A stretch of DNA of 64,000 nt from Paraspadella gotoi. Taxonomy: Eukaryota > Animalia > Chaetognatha. This document shows positions 1-12,700 of this stretch, piece by piece. The stretch spans positions 25,547,908 through 25,611,907 of the forward strand of contig CM119266.1 of the NCBI GenBank assembly GCA_051294375.1, written 5' to 3'. The first letter of the stretch is position 1, and each line of letters begins with the position of its first letter. Made by a program: the position numbers and the translations under genes. Below the pieces are notes generated by a model that saw only the letters and a program-made list of their open reading frames with translations, was not told the origin of the DNA and made no database searches.

Positions 1-419
1 AAAAAAAAACTAGAAAAGGGAAATAAAATATAGAGGGGAAACAAAACGAGAGAAGGCGGGGGGAAAAATGGAGGAGAATCGGTTCAATGCTTTACCGGTT
101 TTTTTCCTCTTCAAAGAACAAAGAAAATGGAAAGAGTTTTCTGCACATGAAGCGGGGAGAGGAAGAGAGGGAAAGGAGAGGACGAAGAGATAAAGAAAAA
201 GGAAAGGAAAAAGAAAAAGAAAAAGAAGGAAAAAGAAATCCAGGAGAGAGCGAGAGACGAAAAAAAAAACTGAAGGGAGAAAAAAAATCTGGAGAAAAGA
301 AGATAAGGAGAGGAAAGGGAAGAAGAGAGAGAGAGAGAGAGAGATAGAGGTTTTTAAAGATTCCATAATTACTACGAACTATGGAAAGGATAAACGTAAT
401 TTGTCATTTTGAATAAAGA

Positions 420-2500
420 ACTTTTTTTAGAAATTTTACATAATTCGGCCTTCGCTTTTTTCGCTTTTAATCGAAAACACAGCTCATGATTTGATTCATG
501 AGTCCCCAATTAGCAAATAATAATTAAACTCTCTTTCGTATCTCTGAAATAATAACAATTGATTTTAAGACAAGCGCAAGAGTGGGGTTCGAATTTATCA
601 GTCCGCGTTCACAATTCTGCCGCGCTAAGCATTGCGCCACGACGGCAATCATGCCTTCCGACGAGCTTCTTTATAGAGGCGGNNNNNNNNNNNNNNNNNN
701 NNNNNNNTCTAAATTTTTAATTATTTCTGGAATAACGAAGCTGCATCCCTGGACCTTCAATTTTTTCCTTTCTCTGTCTTACTCTCTCCTCCAGGTTCCT
801 CGCAAGATTAGGGGGAATTGTCGTAGTTCTAAGCGTACGGTATGTCTCTCCATCTTCTCGTCATCAGATCTTCGGTTCCCGGTTCTCTTGCCTCTCTCTG
901 CATCCTCCCTCTCCTCGCTCTCATGTCAGCCTCTCTTCCTCTCCTCTGTCTTTTGTTCTTTTCCTTCTTTTTTCTGTTTTCGTTGGGGGCTGTTTCAATC
1001 CTTCTGTTTCCACTAACTTACAGGAAATACATCACTATAAGCACACTTCCTATACATCTTCTCTCTTCTTTTTTTTTTTCTTAAAATTTATTTTACTTTA
1101 TACCTTTATCTTCCACATAATGATACAATTACTCTCTGCGGGTCCACTAACATCAATAACTCGCAATAATATTACTTCTTTTCGCGGAAATAATTAATTA
1201 GAGTACCAGAAAATAATAAAGTAGATATTTTGTGTGAAGGAAGAGGAATAGAATCATGCGCTGCTCTAAAGTTCTCCATTACAAGTTATAGTTCGTTAGT
1301 TTCCATGTTTTAAGTTAGTAGTAGTTTATAGTTAAAGTTAGACACATGTTACGTCATGTATTTCTTATTTATAAACTCGAGGACCTTCGGAGGACACAAA
1401 ACTCCAACTCTCTACGCCTCCACGTGAGCCCTTCGGTCAAGATAAATTAGCTATCATTTTTCAGAATAATTACACTACTCTCCTGAAGTGAGCTTTTTAA
1501 ACACCCTCCGGCCGGCCAGCCCGCATTTCCGCCTTTCTTTCGCGTCTCTCTCTCTCTCTCCCTCCTCTCTCTCCTCTCCTCTTCACTCACGACACGGATC
1601 CACACAACCACATCACGACACACAGCACATCGTCCTGCACACAGCATCCCTCCCTGTCTCCTCTCAATCAAATTCCGGCCGACTTTTTCTCTTCCGTGCA
1701 GCTTGGAGCGCAGAAAATATCTGGAAGCCGAGAATCCGAGAAAATTTTTTTCGTCGGATATTTTTTGGCGTTGAGGTCAACCTTTAAGCTCGCTCTACAT
1801 TACAACAACCACAAAATACGTATCTCCACACTTAATTTTCCTCAACCTCCCTCTTCCCTCTCACTCCCATTGGCTCTCGACGGTCCTACCTGCACCGGCG
1901 CCCGAGTCCTTTCCGCTATCCGTCCTGTCTAGCGTACATTCTTGCACCCCTCATGCTCAAACTCTCTCTCATACTCCTTTCCAACGTCTTCACTCGCCCA
2001 CTGAGCTCTGGTCCGCATATCTTTTCCCGGGATTTAGACGCTTTTCTCAAATTCTCTCTCTCCTTTCCGGCCGCGCTCCTCCTCCCTCTATAAGCACACT
2101 CGCTCCGCGTTCCGTACACGTGTCACCTTGATTCGCCTGCTCCCTGCGGGTTGGCGCGGTATGCACTATATAGCGCCGGTCCATGCACACTCTCTTTGTC
2201 GGACAAACGAGGGAACACTTGAAAGGCTATATCAATAGTAACGCGTCAACCCCAAACACATCGCAAGTGCATTACTCGCCGCTTGTCTTAAAATCCAATT
2301 GTTATATTTCAGAGATAGCGGAACATCGAGAGTGATTAAATGATGTATATTTATTTCAGCTAATTAGGGGACATCATTGAATCAAATCATGAGCTGTGTT
2401 CCCTCTCTTCCGCCGACTTAACATAGTGCGACATAAAAACGGGAGAGAAAGGCCAGCAGGAACATTATGTAAAAAGATAAATTTCTAAGAATAAATCGAG
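420..2500. repeat. Inverted pair ~420-600 / ~2270-2500
   Basis: AACACAGCTCATGATTTGATTCA (~476-498) is the reverse complement of TGAATCAAATCATGAGCTGTGTT (~2378-2400). Adjacent blocks also match in inverted order. Confidence 0.75.
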
Positions 2501-5500
2501 CAAAAGTTCTCTTTTCTCTTTACTGCTCCAATCTCTATGACATTGCCCTCACCAATTTTTATGGCACGCTCTTAGGGGTCTCGAAATACTGGTACCCTAG
2601 CTATAATTTATATGCGAGGAAGATCGTGTTTGAAAAATGTAACCGCTCTCTATCTCTCTCTCTTCTCTCTTCTTACTAGTTTGCCTTTTCCTTACGCGTG
2701 CCTTATATGCTGTCTAGCTTTCTTCCAACTAATTATGTTTTTTCTTCTTCTCTCTCTGGACGGAGCAAATTATTTGGGCCAACAAATAATAGGTCCACGG
2801 AGATAACAATCTATTTTTTTTTTGTGTTGTTGGACTACCGGTCCACTACAGCAAAGGGGCTCTTCTTGTCTTCTACATACACAATATTTACACATGGATA
2901 ATGCTCTTCTCAAAAAATAAATTTATCTTTGTGATGTTTTAACGATCTCTTTTACATAATAAGTTCACTTATTTGTTTTAGTGACTGTTTGCACGACTTA
3001 GGAAAAATACGTATTTTCACTTTTTGAGTGGCTCTTTCTTTCACATAGCTTGTTCTTTGATGAATTGCTTGCTTCTTAGGGCAATGTCTCCTTGGAGTAC
3101 TTCATACACTTGCATTAAACAAAATCTAGACCGCACGCCCGGGCGTTGATCGATTTGTGAGATGTATTACTTTCCGCTTGCACATTGATAATCAAATATA
3201 GGGTTTTAAATATCACTTTTTTGAAGTAGGGGGTTAAAGCACCAAGATATTGTGAATATATACCGGGGTCCGTAAAAAAGCAAGTGCATACCTGGAACTG
3301 GTGACCCGGATTTTGGTTGTACTTCAGCTTGCTGGAATAACAGAGGTCTATATTTCTTAACCACACCTGCAAGCGGATCTCCCAGAGACCTCTCGCATCT
3401 GTTTGGTGACTGATACCAGTTACGCACTCTTCAAATATTTTACAGTATTTCTCTTCTAATCACTCTATTACATAAGGGTATCTTATTTTTCCTTTTCATG
3501 TAATTACATTAGATTCGCATTGGTCACGATTTGTCTTGTTCTATCGATGACGACTATGTGTCTCAGAGAGGAGGTTGGAATGGATGCGAGGTAGATGTGG
3601 AGATGGTCGAAGGGAGGAAGTACGGAGGTTGAGTGACGAGGGAGAGGGGTAGGAGGGACGCAGCGATGGAGAGGTTGCTGATTGCGTGATGGAGAGAGGT
3701 TGCTATGTAGGTTGACGGAGTTGGCTGGTATGAGGTATGGGTATCGGCCTGAGGTATATAGAATTGTTGAGGGAATGGAGAGGGAGTCGGAGGAGGAGAG
3801 AGTGAACCGCTGGGACCTGGACATCGCCATGGCGTCACTGAGATTATAATTTGTTTAAACCGGAGTTATGCCAGCGCACCCGCGCGCCAGGAGAACAAAA
3901 AAGTTATCTATTTTCTGCCTGTCTTCTAGCGAGTCTCTTGGTTTGGCCTTCTGTTTTTATTTCTCCTTCTCCTCGGGGTTGTATTTGCGTTGTGTGTGTT
4001 CTTTATTGTGTTCTTAGGATGTGTGTAGGTTTGGTAACATCGCCTGTGTTTCTGTCTAGTTTTTGTCTTTTTTCATTTTTGGATTGCGTAATCTGGGAGA
4101 GGGCGCGGTGGAATTCTTAATAAGTTCTCGGTGTCGCGAACGATGGAGGACAAACTGCCGCATCCGGTTTTTAGTTCTCTCCGCGATTCCCGGAGCGTCA
4201 GCGTGTGTTGATAGAACCCGATTTTTCTACTCTTGCTGTAGGGCCTCTTTGTTTTTCTCTTATATCTTGGTTTTCTTCCTGTGTAAGGAGCCTTTTCTTT
4301 TTTGACTCATGGAGGAGGGCCAAGTTACAGAGTTGCCGCGAGAGGGGCTCCTCCTATTGAGCCTCGAGTAGCACCGCTAGTGGCATCAATCCTGAGTTGG
4401 CCGCCAACGAGTCGTAATCGCCATAACGGATACGGCAACCGCCCATGTTTGCTGAGGTGGAGTACATAACTACAGAGTGAAATCAGGTAGACGGAAATGG
4501 TAATCTTAAGAAATATACCGTGGGTCCTTAATGGTTTTAGTATGAGTGAATGCACAAATATCTAGGGAGGAGAAATACTGAGTTATACATCTCAGAACTT
4601 ATCAAGTGCACCGGTTTTTCGGGGTTTTGGGGCAAGATTTTTGGCCAGGGCTACTGGGAATAAACACAATGATATCATGATCTTAACAACGGAAAGAATT
4701 GGCTCATTTTCTGGCGGAGGGCTCTATTCTCTTTTTCTCCAGAGTGTTCATTGGTATTATTGCCCTCCTGTTGTGGAAGACATTACTTACATCGAAGGTA
4801 TCGGGTCTTTTGAGGAGGAGCGAGGTTCGGATCATTCACTGGGTGTAATGTTGTTCTTTTATAGGGTGAATTATATGGATAATTCTATCTGAAAATACAA
4901 GTTTCTGTCACTGAGGAGGTTCAAAGAAATAACGAGATAAGCTTAGTATGGCTCTTCCTCTCTATAAGAGAGGCAGAGTTCCAGAGATGAGTCTTCCTCA
5001 CACTGAGGAGGAGGACACTAAGCGGTAGCGGTAAGAATCTGATTAGCCTCACTTTCTGTCTTTTGACGGACGCAGGATCGCGAGCGATCCAGAACACTCT
5101 TGCGCGCTTTTCGCCACCGAAATGATGCCGGGCTCAATTCGACACCAGAGTGTTTGACGAGGAGCCAGTCTTTATTTCGTTTAATTTCCTCAGCGCCATG
5201 AATAAGACAACCGTTTATCTCTCAGCGCGCGCAGAGGAAAGGAAAACATATCCCGATTCTGCAATCGGGCGGCCCAATTTTTCTATTCACCCTGTCGGGG
5301 TTCGGTTTGAGTAGTTCTGTAAGGACATGATGAGTAGAGTAGGATGAAGCGTATTGAGAGAAGACGCAGAAGAAGGACTGGGCAGCAAGCTGAAGGAGGC
5401 ACAGACAATTCAGAAGATGAAAGTGTAGTGGATTCGCAACGGAGAGAGGACGAGAGAAGTAGACTGTGGCATGAGGTAGAGCGAGAGAATCACGAGAGAG

Positions 5501-6049
5501 AGAGAGAGATCTGGCCAAGAATAGGAGCCAAAGGTTAGCTGATAGGAGATAGGAAAGTGTTGACTGAACGGTGTACTAGGAGCGGAAGGATATCAGAGGA
5601 GCAGCGAAGAGGGATATGCTATTCCGCAGGAGAGACACAAAACCGAGAAAGGAAAAACGAGCGTCACTACAACGAGAGTTAAAACAAGGGTACGTGCGGT
5701 AGGACCGACCTGAAAGTCGGGAGGACCTGAAATAAGGCATGCGAATCCGCGAGCCCAAGTCAAATTGAGGTTCAGATCAATGGGTCAGTCGACGAGGAGG
5801 AGAGAGCGGTTTCAAGTGCGATGTGGCGGAGCGTTATAGAAGGAGCATGCTGAAAGGTGTAAGGGAGAAGAGCCTGGAGTGTAGATAAGAGTAGTAGTAG
5901 AGAGTGAGAGAGAGAGAGAGAGAGAGGAGAGAGGAGAGAGTTGCTAGACGGACGTGAAGGGCAGTATACAAGGAGCAGGCCTGAGACGACCGAAGGTAGA
6001 TTTGACTACGTCTGAGCGCGAGCATTTTGGAAGAGCAAAAGCAAGAAGT

Positions 6050-9000
6050 CACTCTTTGTTACCGGAAAGATTTTTTGTGTGGCAATACTGACGCTTTGGG
6101 ATTTGTATGGCGAGGTGTGATGGCATCAATTACACACGTCGAACGTGCGCCATGTTGTGTGTTGAACCAAAGGGGAGCTGCGCCTTCCTGGAACGTGCAC
6201 ATCCGCAGATGAATTGTATCTAGAAGTCAGTGTCAAGTCAGGGATCTAACGGAGAGTGGTGGGAACGTCGGATGCTGAAGAGGCCAAAAGAAAAAAATGC
6301 CCCGGGGCAGATTCGCAAATCTATCTTGAAGTCGTCCACGGGATTACTGGTGTTGGCGTCTCTGAGCCAGGAGTCACTGGATCTGCGCTGCGTGGGAATC
6401 GTTTTGGGTCGCCGGCCTAAGAGCGGGCAAAATGCGGGAACGCCTTGGGGGGCCAACCTGCCGAGTGTGGGACGCGTCTGCGAGCGCCAGCGGGGAGGGC
6501 ATTGTCTCAAAACGTAAGAAACAAACAAGGTTCCTTGACTAATGAAATCGCTTTGCAGGTTCTGGGTTCCCTAGCTGGTTTGCTGGGCTGATGAATTCTT
6601 GAATAGTGTGTCTGCCGAGCGTAAGCGTCTCCGCGAACGCTCTTGGCCTTGATGCGCCTCTCGAGCTGTCTATTCCTGCTCTTGGACTCTTGTCTGCTTC
6701 ACCGTATTCCTAGCGGTACACATGTTGTCCATAGACTAATCTTGATATGTTTTTGCCGCTATCTTCTCTGAGTCGAGCCTGGCTCATATAGATTTCTCTG
6801 CGTATAGGCGGGACTAGGCCCTGAGTTTCTGGCTCAATGAAGAAACTATGACAACGAAGTAGCCGCCTTTGGGCTTCACAGGATAGGCTCTGAGTGCCGG
6901 ACCTTGAGCGCGTATGTGGCCGGCAAGAGTTCCCGGTCGACAAGGTGAGTCCATTTAGTATTTTTTGTCTGGTTCTGAGCTAGCTGGGGATCCTGAGAAA
7001 AGCCTAAGGGTTGCCCAATTGACGGCACAACATCTTCTGCTCCAGGACCGGCCGCCGAGTGGCGCAGTTAGTGACAGCATGCGACGGTCAGCGAGCCAGC
7101 AGGTGCCCACGCGTGCCACAGGGTGGAGCAAGGCATAGTTTGCATTTGCGCAGAGCTTCTTTCGATTGTTGACAGGGCTTGAGTCATCTTATGGCGTCCA
7201 TTTGAGTCACTGCCGCAGTCTGTTCTTTTTATATGTGGCTTGACGTGATCCACTGCACCTTGTAATGCTGATATTCGAGGTACTTTTCTGTGTCTTGATC
7301 TGCTTGTGAGATATTTTGACACACCGCCGGTATCAGTCTTGTCAAAAGCATCGACGGGCCGCGCTGCCAAGTAATGCTTTCTGAAGGCTCTGTTTCTGTT
7401 ACTCTTTTGACTGATGCTTGGCTGTGGCCGAATTGTTTGTATGCCTGTTCGCTTTTGTGTCCCAATGGCGCCTCGCACGCCTGTTGCGTCTACCCTGGTA
7501 ACGCAGAAAAAGACTCTGAGTGTGGTACGCCCGCCAGCTACGTCATTTTGCCGCTGTTCACTCTTTACTAAACCCATTCTTGCTTGAGCAGGGTGTCAAA
7601 TTCAGTAGGTGTGAGATCTTGCATGTAGTTCTTCCCTCTTCCGTTGCTTGAGGCGAATCCGCTAGGATGTCTCCTAGATATACAAAAGTATGTGTGGTAC
7701 ATCTTGAGGGGCCTATCGTCCACTGCGCATCATCCTTTTGAAAATCGGGACCCTGCATTGCTTGAGGCCCAAATGGTTGTGAACGGGAATTCCAAGAGCC
7801 AAACGACGGAGTGATGACGTGCTGGTCTTGCAAATATCTTGCTCCCTGGCGTACAGGTACTTTGTATAGCGTATGTTCCATTTACGAACGCACTCTATCT
7901 TCTTTTTCTGTATATACAGGGAGAGATTGTTTTGGCCCCTGTGCCGTTCCATAGGGAGCACACTATTAATAATCCCTATCTCAAAATATTCGATGGGGTA
8001 GCGGTTCGTCTTTTGTGACTGCGTTGAGGCTGCCTGTATTACACGCCGCAACGAATCTGAGATGAGCGAGTCAAGGTTTTTCTTTGACCGCGTGTAGTGG
8101 GTGATGCCCAATCGACACGTCTTGCTCCCGTGGGCCGTATAGAATGCCTTGCAGCTTCTGGCCATTTTTCTTGGGCCAAATTCTTTCTTTCTCTCTCGCT
8201 TGGGCTCTTGGAGTTTCGTCAGCGGCGCAAGTCCGGCCGTGCTTGGGGGCACTGGACAGGCGGACCCGTTTGTATTCATCTCGCGATCTCGGAAATGCTG
8301 GTGGTTATCTACAGCGCAGTGCTATGGTCTTCTCTCCGAAGGTCAAATGCTGAGTTGTGTGAGCTCTCTGGGCATCTCGTCTAATCAATTTGAAATATTG
8401 GCAATTATGTACTGTAATTGACTCTGATAGGCATGTCCCAGAATACAGATTTGCGCTGTGATTGTTGAATAAAATCGTCCATAGATCGTTACGAGCAGTA
8501 GGCCGAGCTCTGTGGTCCGGACGGCCTAAACTGAATGGGCTCCCATAGAAAATCAGCCTCCAAGGATAGGTGTCGTTAACGTCAGCAAGTAAACGGTTGC
8601 TATAGTGTCGTGTAAGTGTGTTTCTTTCCTAGTCTGATAGTGATTTTGGTTTGGTGCCGTAGGAAGAGTTTGCAGACGACGAGGCCATTTGGCTAGGCTG
8701 AAGTTTCGAGGCGCGGAGCCCACCGCGCGCGGAGCCTTTTTCTGTATGGAGAAGGTCATGCAAAGTGACGCTTGCACCACCGTCGCATCAAGCCATGTCA
8801 TGTTGTTGATTGTTGTGCTATACACTCTTGTGCAGTAAGGGTTCTAATAGCTACTGGCAGCAGTCCGGCGTTTTTATCTCTGCGCCGTCGTTCCGGCTGC
8901 TGGCCATTGGCTCCGTTTCCCCGGCTTAGCATGCCTGGTAGGCATTTGAATGCTCGCGTCTTTTTCCTCCCAAATTTCTGTCCTGTGATAGAAACAGAGT

Positions 9001-9700
9001 CCCAGTTGACGTAGGTCAGGATGAGGAGTTACAAGGGCTATTTGAGGCTGGTCTCGAATGTTGCATGTGGTGTTGTTTTGGGGAACACGGCGCTTGCTGA
9101 TTGTTGGCTTGTTTCTTTCGTAAGTTAGGGCTTGTGCTGGCTGCACTGGTTGGGCGCAAGTTGGCCACCTTCGCGAAGTCGCCGGTTTGACAAGCACGTT
9201 GGCCTTTGTTTGTACGTCGCGGAGAGCGGCAGCCTATATCTTCTGGTGGAGATGTATCATACGACTTCGCCAATTCGGTTGCGCGAATGAAGTCCTCGCA
9301 TGTCTCCGATGTCCAGATAGAGTATGCGTCCTCACATTGGATGCCTTCCATCTGCTGCAACCATTTCGGGCTTGTATCCTTTTCGGCTTCTGCCTCCTTT
9401 TTCCCCTCATATACTTATCTAATCCATCTTATCTCACCGCGGTCCCCGGGTCCTTTCATTTCTTCTCCTTCTTTTCCAATCTCTTCGCATTGCACTCCCT
9501 CTTTTGCACCCACCCCTCTCTCCCCCTTCCTTCCCCTCGTTCCTCCATCCCCAGGCCCCTTTGCCGTTTTTGGAGGTTGTCGACCCGCAGCCCCCAAAGG
9601 ACTTGCAATATTAACCCCCACGCGGCGAATGTTGTTACCCTGTCGACAGGTTTTCAGAAGCATTCGGCGGAAGCGAAAGAAAAAAGACATGCTTCGGCTA
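6050..9700 (-). mobile_element. Degenerate or error-ridden R2-like (RLE-clade) non-LTR retrotransposon
   Basis: Collinear remnants of R2 motifs across frameshifted minus-strand frames. Zinc-finger-like: QCEEIGK..KGPG. Myb-like: WTSE...SPRRTNKGQR. RT: KAP (APGPDG), EPIQFRP (FRPI), DAQRA (QRAF), KAFYTAH (KAFDSVSH), MERHRGQNNLS (RGVKQGDPLS), YLYAREQDI (AYADD), FVYLG, LVKSEQR (LKPQQR), DTGGVS (DGGLG). C-terminal: IKAKS, TCKA..VKE / YVLRQCP (CCHC), then RLE-like RPKTI...DDFKID...TWR. Boundaries approximate. Confidence 0.7.
7558..8825 (-). pseudogene. Reverse transcriptase domain of the R2-like element (multiple frameshifts)
   Basis: ORF fragments 8553-8825, 7713-8279 and 7558-7881 carry RT motif remnants in the expected order and roughly the expected spacing. 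Confidence 0.65.
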
Positions 9701-12700
9701 ATACTTTTTTTCTAGAAAATAAATCAATTGACTTTTCGCCAACCCTGGTTTTGAAGACGATCCTGAGATACAGATATTTGCACTATTGAGGTGCGTGAAC
9801 TATCTAAATTGTCGTCGAGACCCGTGTCTTTTTTTTTATTACGATCCGCCCGTGGGGCCCATGTTCTCGAGAGGTGGGGATGCTGCCGTGGCGGGCTCCT
9901 AGGGGGTAGAGCAGGAGGAGGCAAATAGGATAACCCCGTTCTGTCATTTTCGCGCGCGCCGGTTTGGCAAGAAGATGGGGACAAACTAAACCTACTTTGA
10001 TACGCGCACTTCGCAGGCCGACATGGGCGCCGGCGGGAGGACGTCGCAGAGTTCGCAAGGTAATACCTGGGACTGTTGTAAAGGATTTTTTTTTGTTGTT
10101 TTTTGTTTTTTCTGATTTCTTATCTCTTTCGAAAGGAATTGTTGGTAAAAATTGTTTTGTAATGATAATCCGCGGCCCTCCAACTCCCCGTGAAATATGC
10201 TCTCGGGGGCTTAACCGTTATTTGCACAGCACAGCAAAGGTGGCCGGGTCGGGCCACCAAATTTTTCCCTCCCAGTCAAGGACGCCAAAACTTGGATTTT
10301 TAAAATCTGAAATTAGGTTAAAATTCGAGAAAACAATCCAATTTAATACAAATAATCCAGTCAATCACGATCGATGCACAATCATTCAAAATTATCCAAA
10401 TCAAATCAAACCCTCAATCCAAACGCATTTCGGGCGGCAACCGTCAATCAAATTGCGGCCTCCGTTGTTAATATTTCAGTTCTCTATTCATTCTGACGCT
10501 TAATGATGCCTGTCGCCAGCGCGGTCGCCTTCGCCACATCGCTGCCGGACGTACAGCGTCGGACCCACTGACACGGGGGCTGCAAGTCCCATAACGCCTA
10601 AGCCAAGAGTCGGCCTAACGATCCATGCGAATAATTACCTACTGGCAGACAACATCTGTGTCCATCACCCACTTAGCGCATCTTTCCTCTCTCTTCTCTC
10701 TCTCTCTCGTCTGCTGCCTCGAGCCGGCTTCTTTGCTTGAGCCTTTCTCTCTTCGGGACTCTCCTCTCTCTGCTCGGGTCGTCTGCTCCTTCTTTCCCTC
10801 TGCGTGCCCTCAAACCTCAACTGTCGTTAACAGCTGTTTTTTCTCCAAAACGAAGTTCTGGTAACGGAAAGTACCGAGTGAGAGGGGTCAGCCACCACCT
10901 CGCTACTAGGGGTGATTTCATGCTGGTATAGTTAATTACGAGCCTCTCTCTCGGATCAGTACCATGCATGCTCCTTTGTGGGGCAGGAATCGCACTGAGA
11001 GGAGAAAGGTACAAGCTTTCTTAGTTTGGTTTTCGTCCATTGGAACTAACCCTGCGAAGGCGGCAAGACCTCTCCTGGACTTCACGTTTTTTCCTTTTCA
11101 CCTTTGGGGGAAACTAAACGTTGTGGTAAGCGGACTGGCAGGCAGCCAGGGCGGATGTTGCTGACAGTCCGCAAAGGTGGGCAAACATTTGAGGCGAGTC
11201 CTCTTTTCTGATCACGGGTGGGCCTAGATACTTGTGGGCACCCGAACACGTCTTCGGCAGATACTTCCTCATTGGGCTGGCCCGCGCTTTTGTCTGTGTA
11301 CGGGACAGGAGGTTTTCCCCCCCAGTTCGGCGCCTGCCCGTTTGGTTCTGTTAGGAGTCAAGGGTCTCCATTCCTGAGAATGATTGGCATATATTTCGAA
11401 TACCCTGCCATATTGGTCAAAGTTCATCTTACAGATTGTGCTCCCGATCAAGTTGTGTATACCTAGTCGCGGCCTTGGTGGCTTACCTAGATAGTTGAGT
11501 CACTGCAAGATAATGAACTTCCACTAACTGGCGGGTTTTTTGGATTTATCGCGATCATTTATCGGGTCATTCTAACGGCTGTTATCTATTAGCTCACTGT
11601 GAGGAGAGTGTTCACCGAGTATTAGAATGTGACGTTTATGAGATAGCTTTCCATATTTACCTGCTGGCGCCCATTCAGTTTTGAAACCCAGCGCTACCTG
11701 CTTTGAGAATTTCGCGGTATTCGCCAGATACGCGTAAGCTCAGATCACACTAAACCCCAATTTGATGACCCTTGTGCGGTGCGGCCACTTTGATGCCGAC
11801 ATTGGGTCGAGGGGGTGTGGCCAAGGACTTTTGGGCCTGGGTGCTGTGGCCGCGGGTCGACCTCCGTCGCGGTGTCTGTATAATGCGGGTGTATCAGTCT
11901 CGAACTGCTCTGGTGATGGTGGCGGCTGGATGAAAAACCGGGGTGGCGGTGGAGATGGTGATGAGCGGGTGGTGGGGTGGCGTCCTCGGCATAGGGCGGT
12001 TCGCGTTGAGGTTCCCTCGAGTCCCGGCAGAAGGTGAGGTCGAGGGCGGCGGCGTGCCTCTCCACGGTCCAGCAGGGGCTTCCATGTCCAAATATCCCAG
12101 TCGTGTTGAGCCAGTGATGGTGTTGTGTGTAGAATGTTAGGCTTAAAAATTTGGGCTGTATCAAAAATAGCTTAATGTCTTGCGGGCCGACAGAAAAGAG
12201 ATCAGAGAAGATTTTTCATCTTTTTAAAGTCAAGGGAAAAATCCCAAAAGAGAAAACTTTGCGTGTAATTCTTTATAGAAATAGAGCTAGCGAAATTCTC
12301 GTGAGTGAAAATTGTTTATACGGCGCCAGCTAAAATTGAAAAACGCCGTTGGCGAGACCGGTTCTTCTTTAGCATTACCTTCTTTCGTAGGTTAAGTTTA
12401 AGTGGAGAAAGTTTTCATTTAGAACTTCGAGCTAAATTTTTAAAATTTTCAAAATAAAGAGAGATAAATCGATTAGGTTTACGTTAGTATCCTGAATTTC
12501 AAAAATTAAAATCCAAATACATTCAAATGCGATTGAAGCTTTGATGGTAATCCGCGGTATGGTGCATTGGCAATACCATGTTGGACGTTGGAAAACGAAA
12601 CGTAGGACGTCCGCGCGAACTGATAGCATAGAATTGGGCGAAGATTTTTGAAAGTCTTTAAAATCTCTTTGAAGAAAAATGCGATTGATGCGCAAAATAG

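Noticed and set aside
4325-4900. LTR-retrotransposon integrase remnant
   Set aside because: Only a faint YTSQ resemblance in very noisy sequence, with no D,D35E or QNG..ER motif.
7068-7577. DIRS tyrosine recombinase
   Set aside because: No convincing HSLR/RW/Y motif set; the segment fits better as the post-RT region of the R2-like element.
11745-12164. His/Pro-rich host exon
   Set aside because: GC-rich low-complexity segment in raw-read-quality sequence with no recognisable domain or supportable splice structure.
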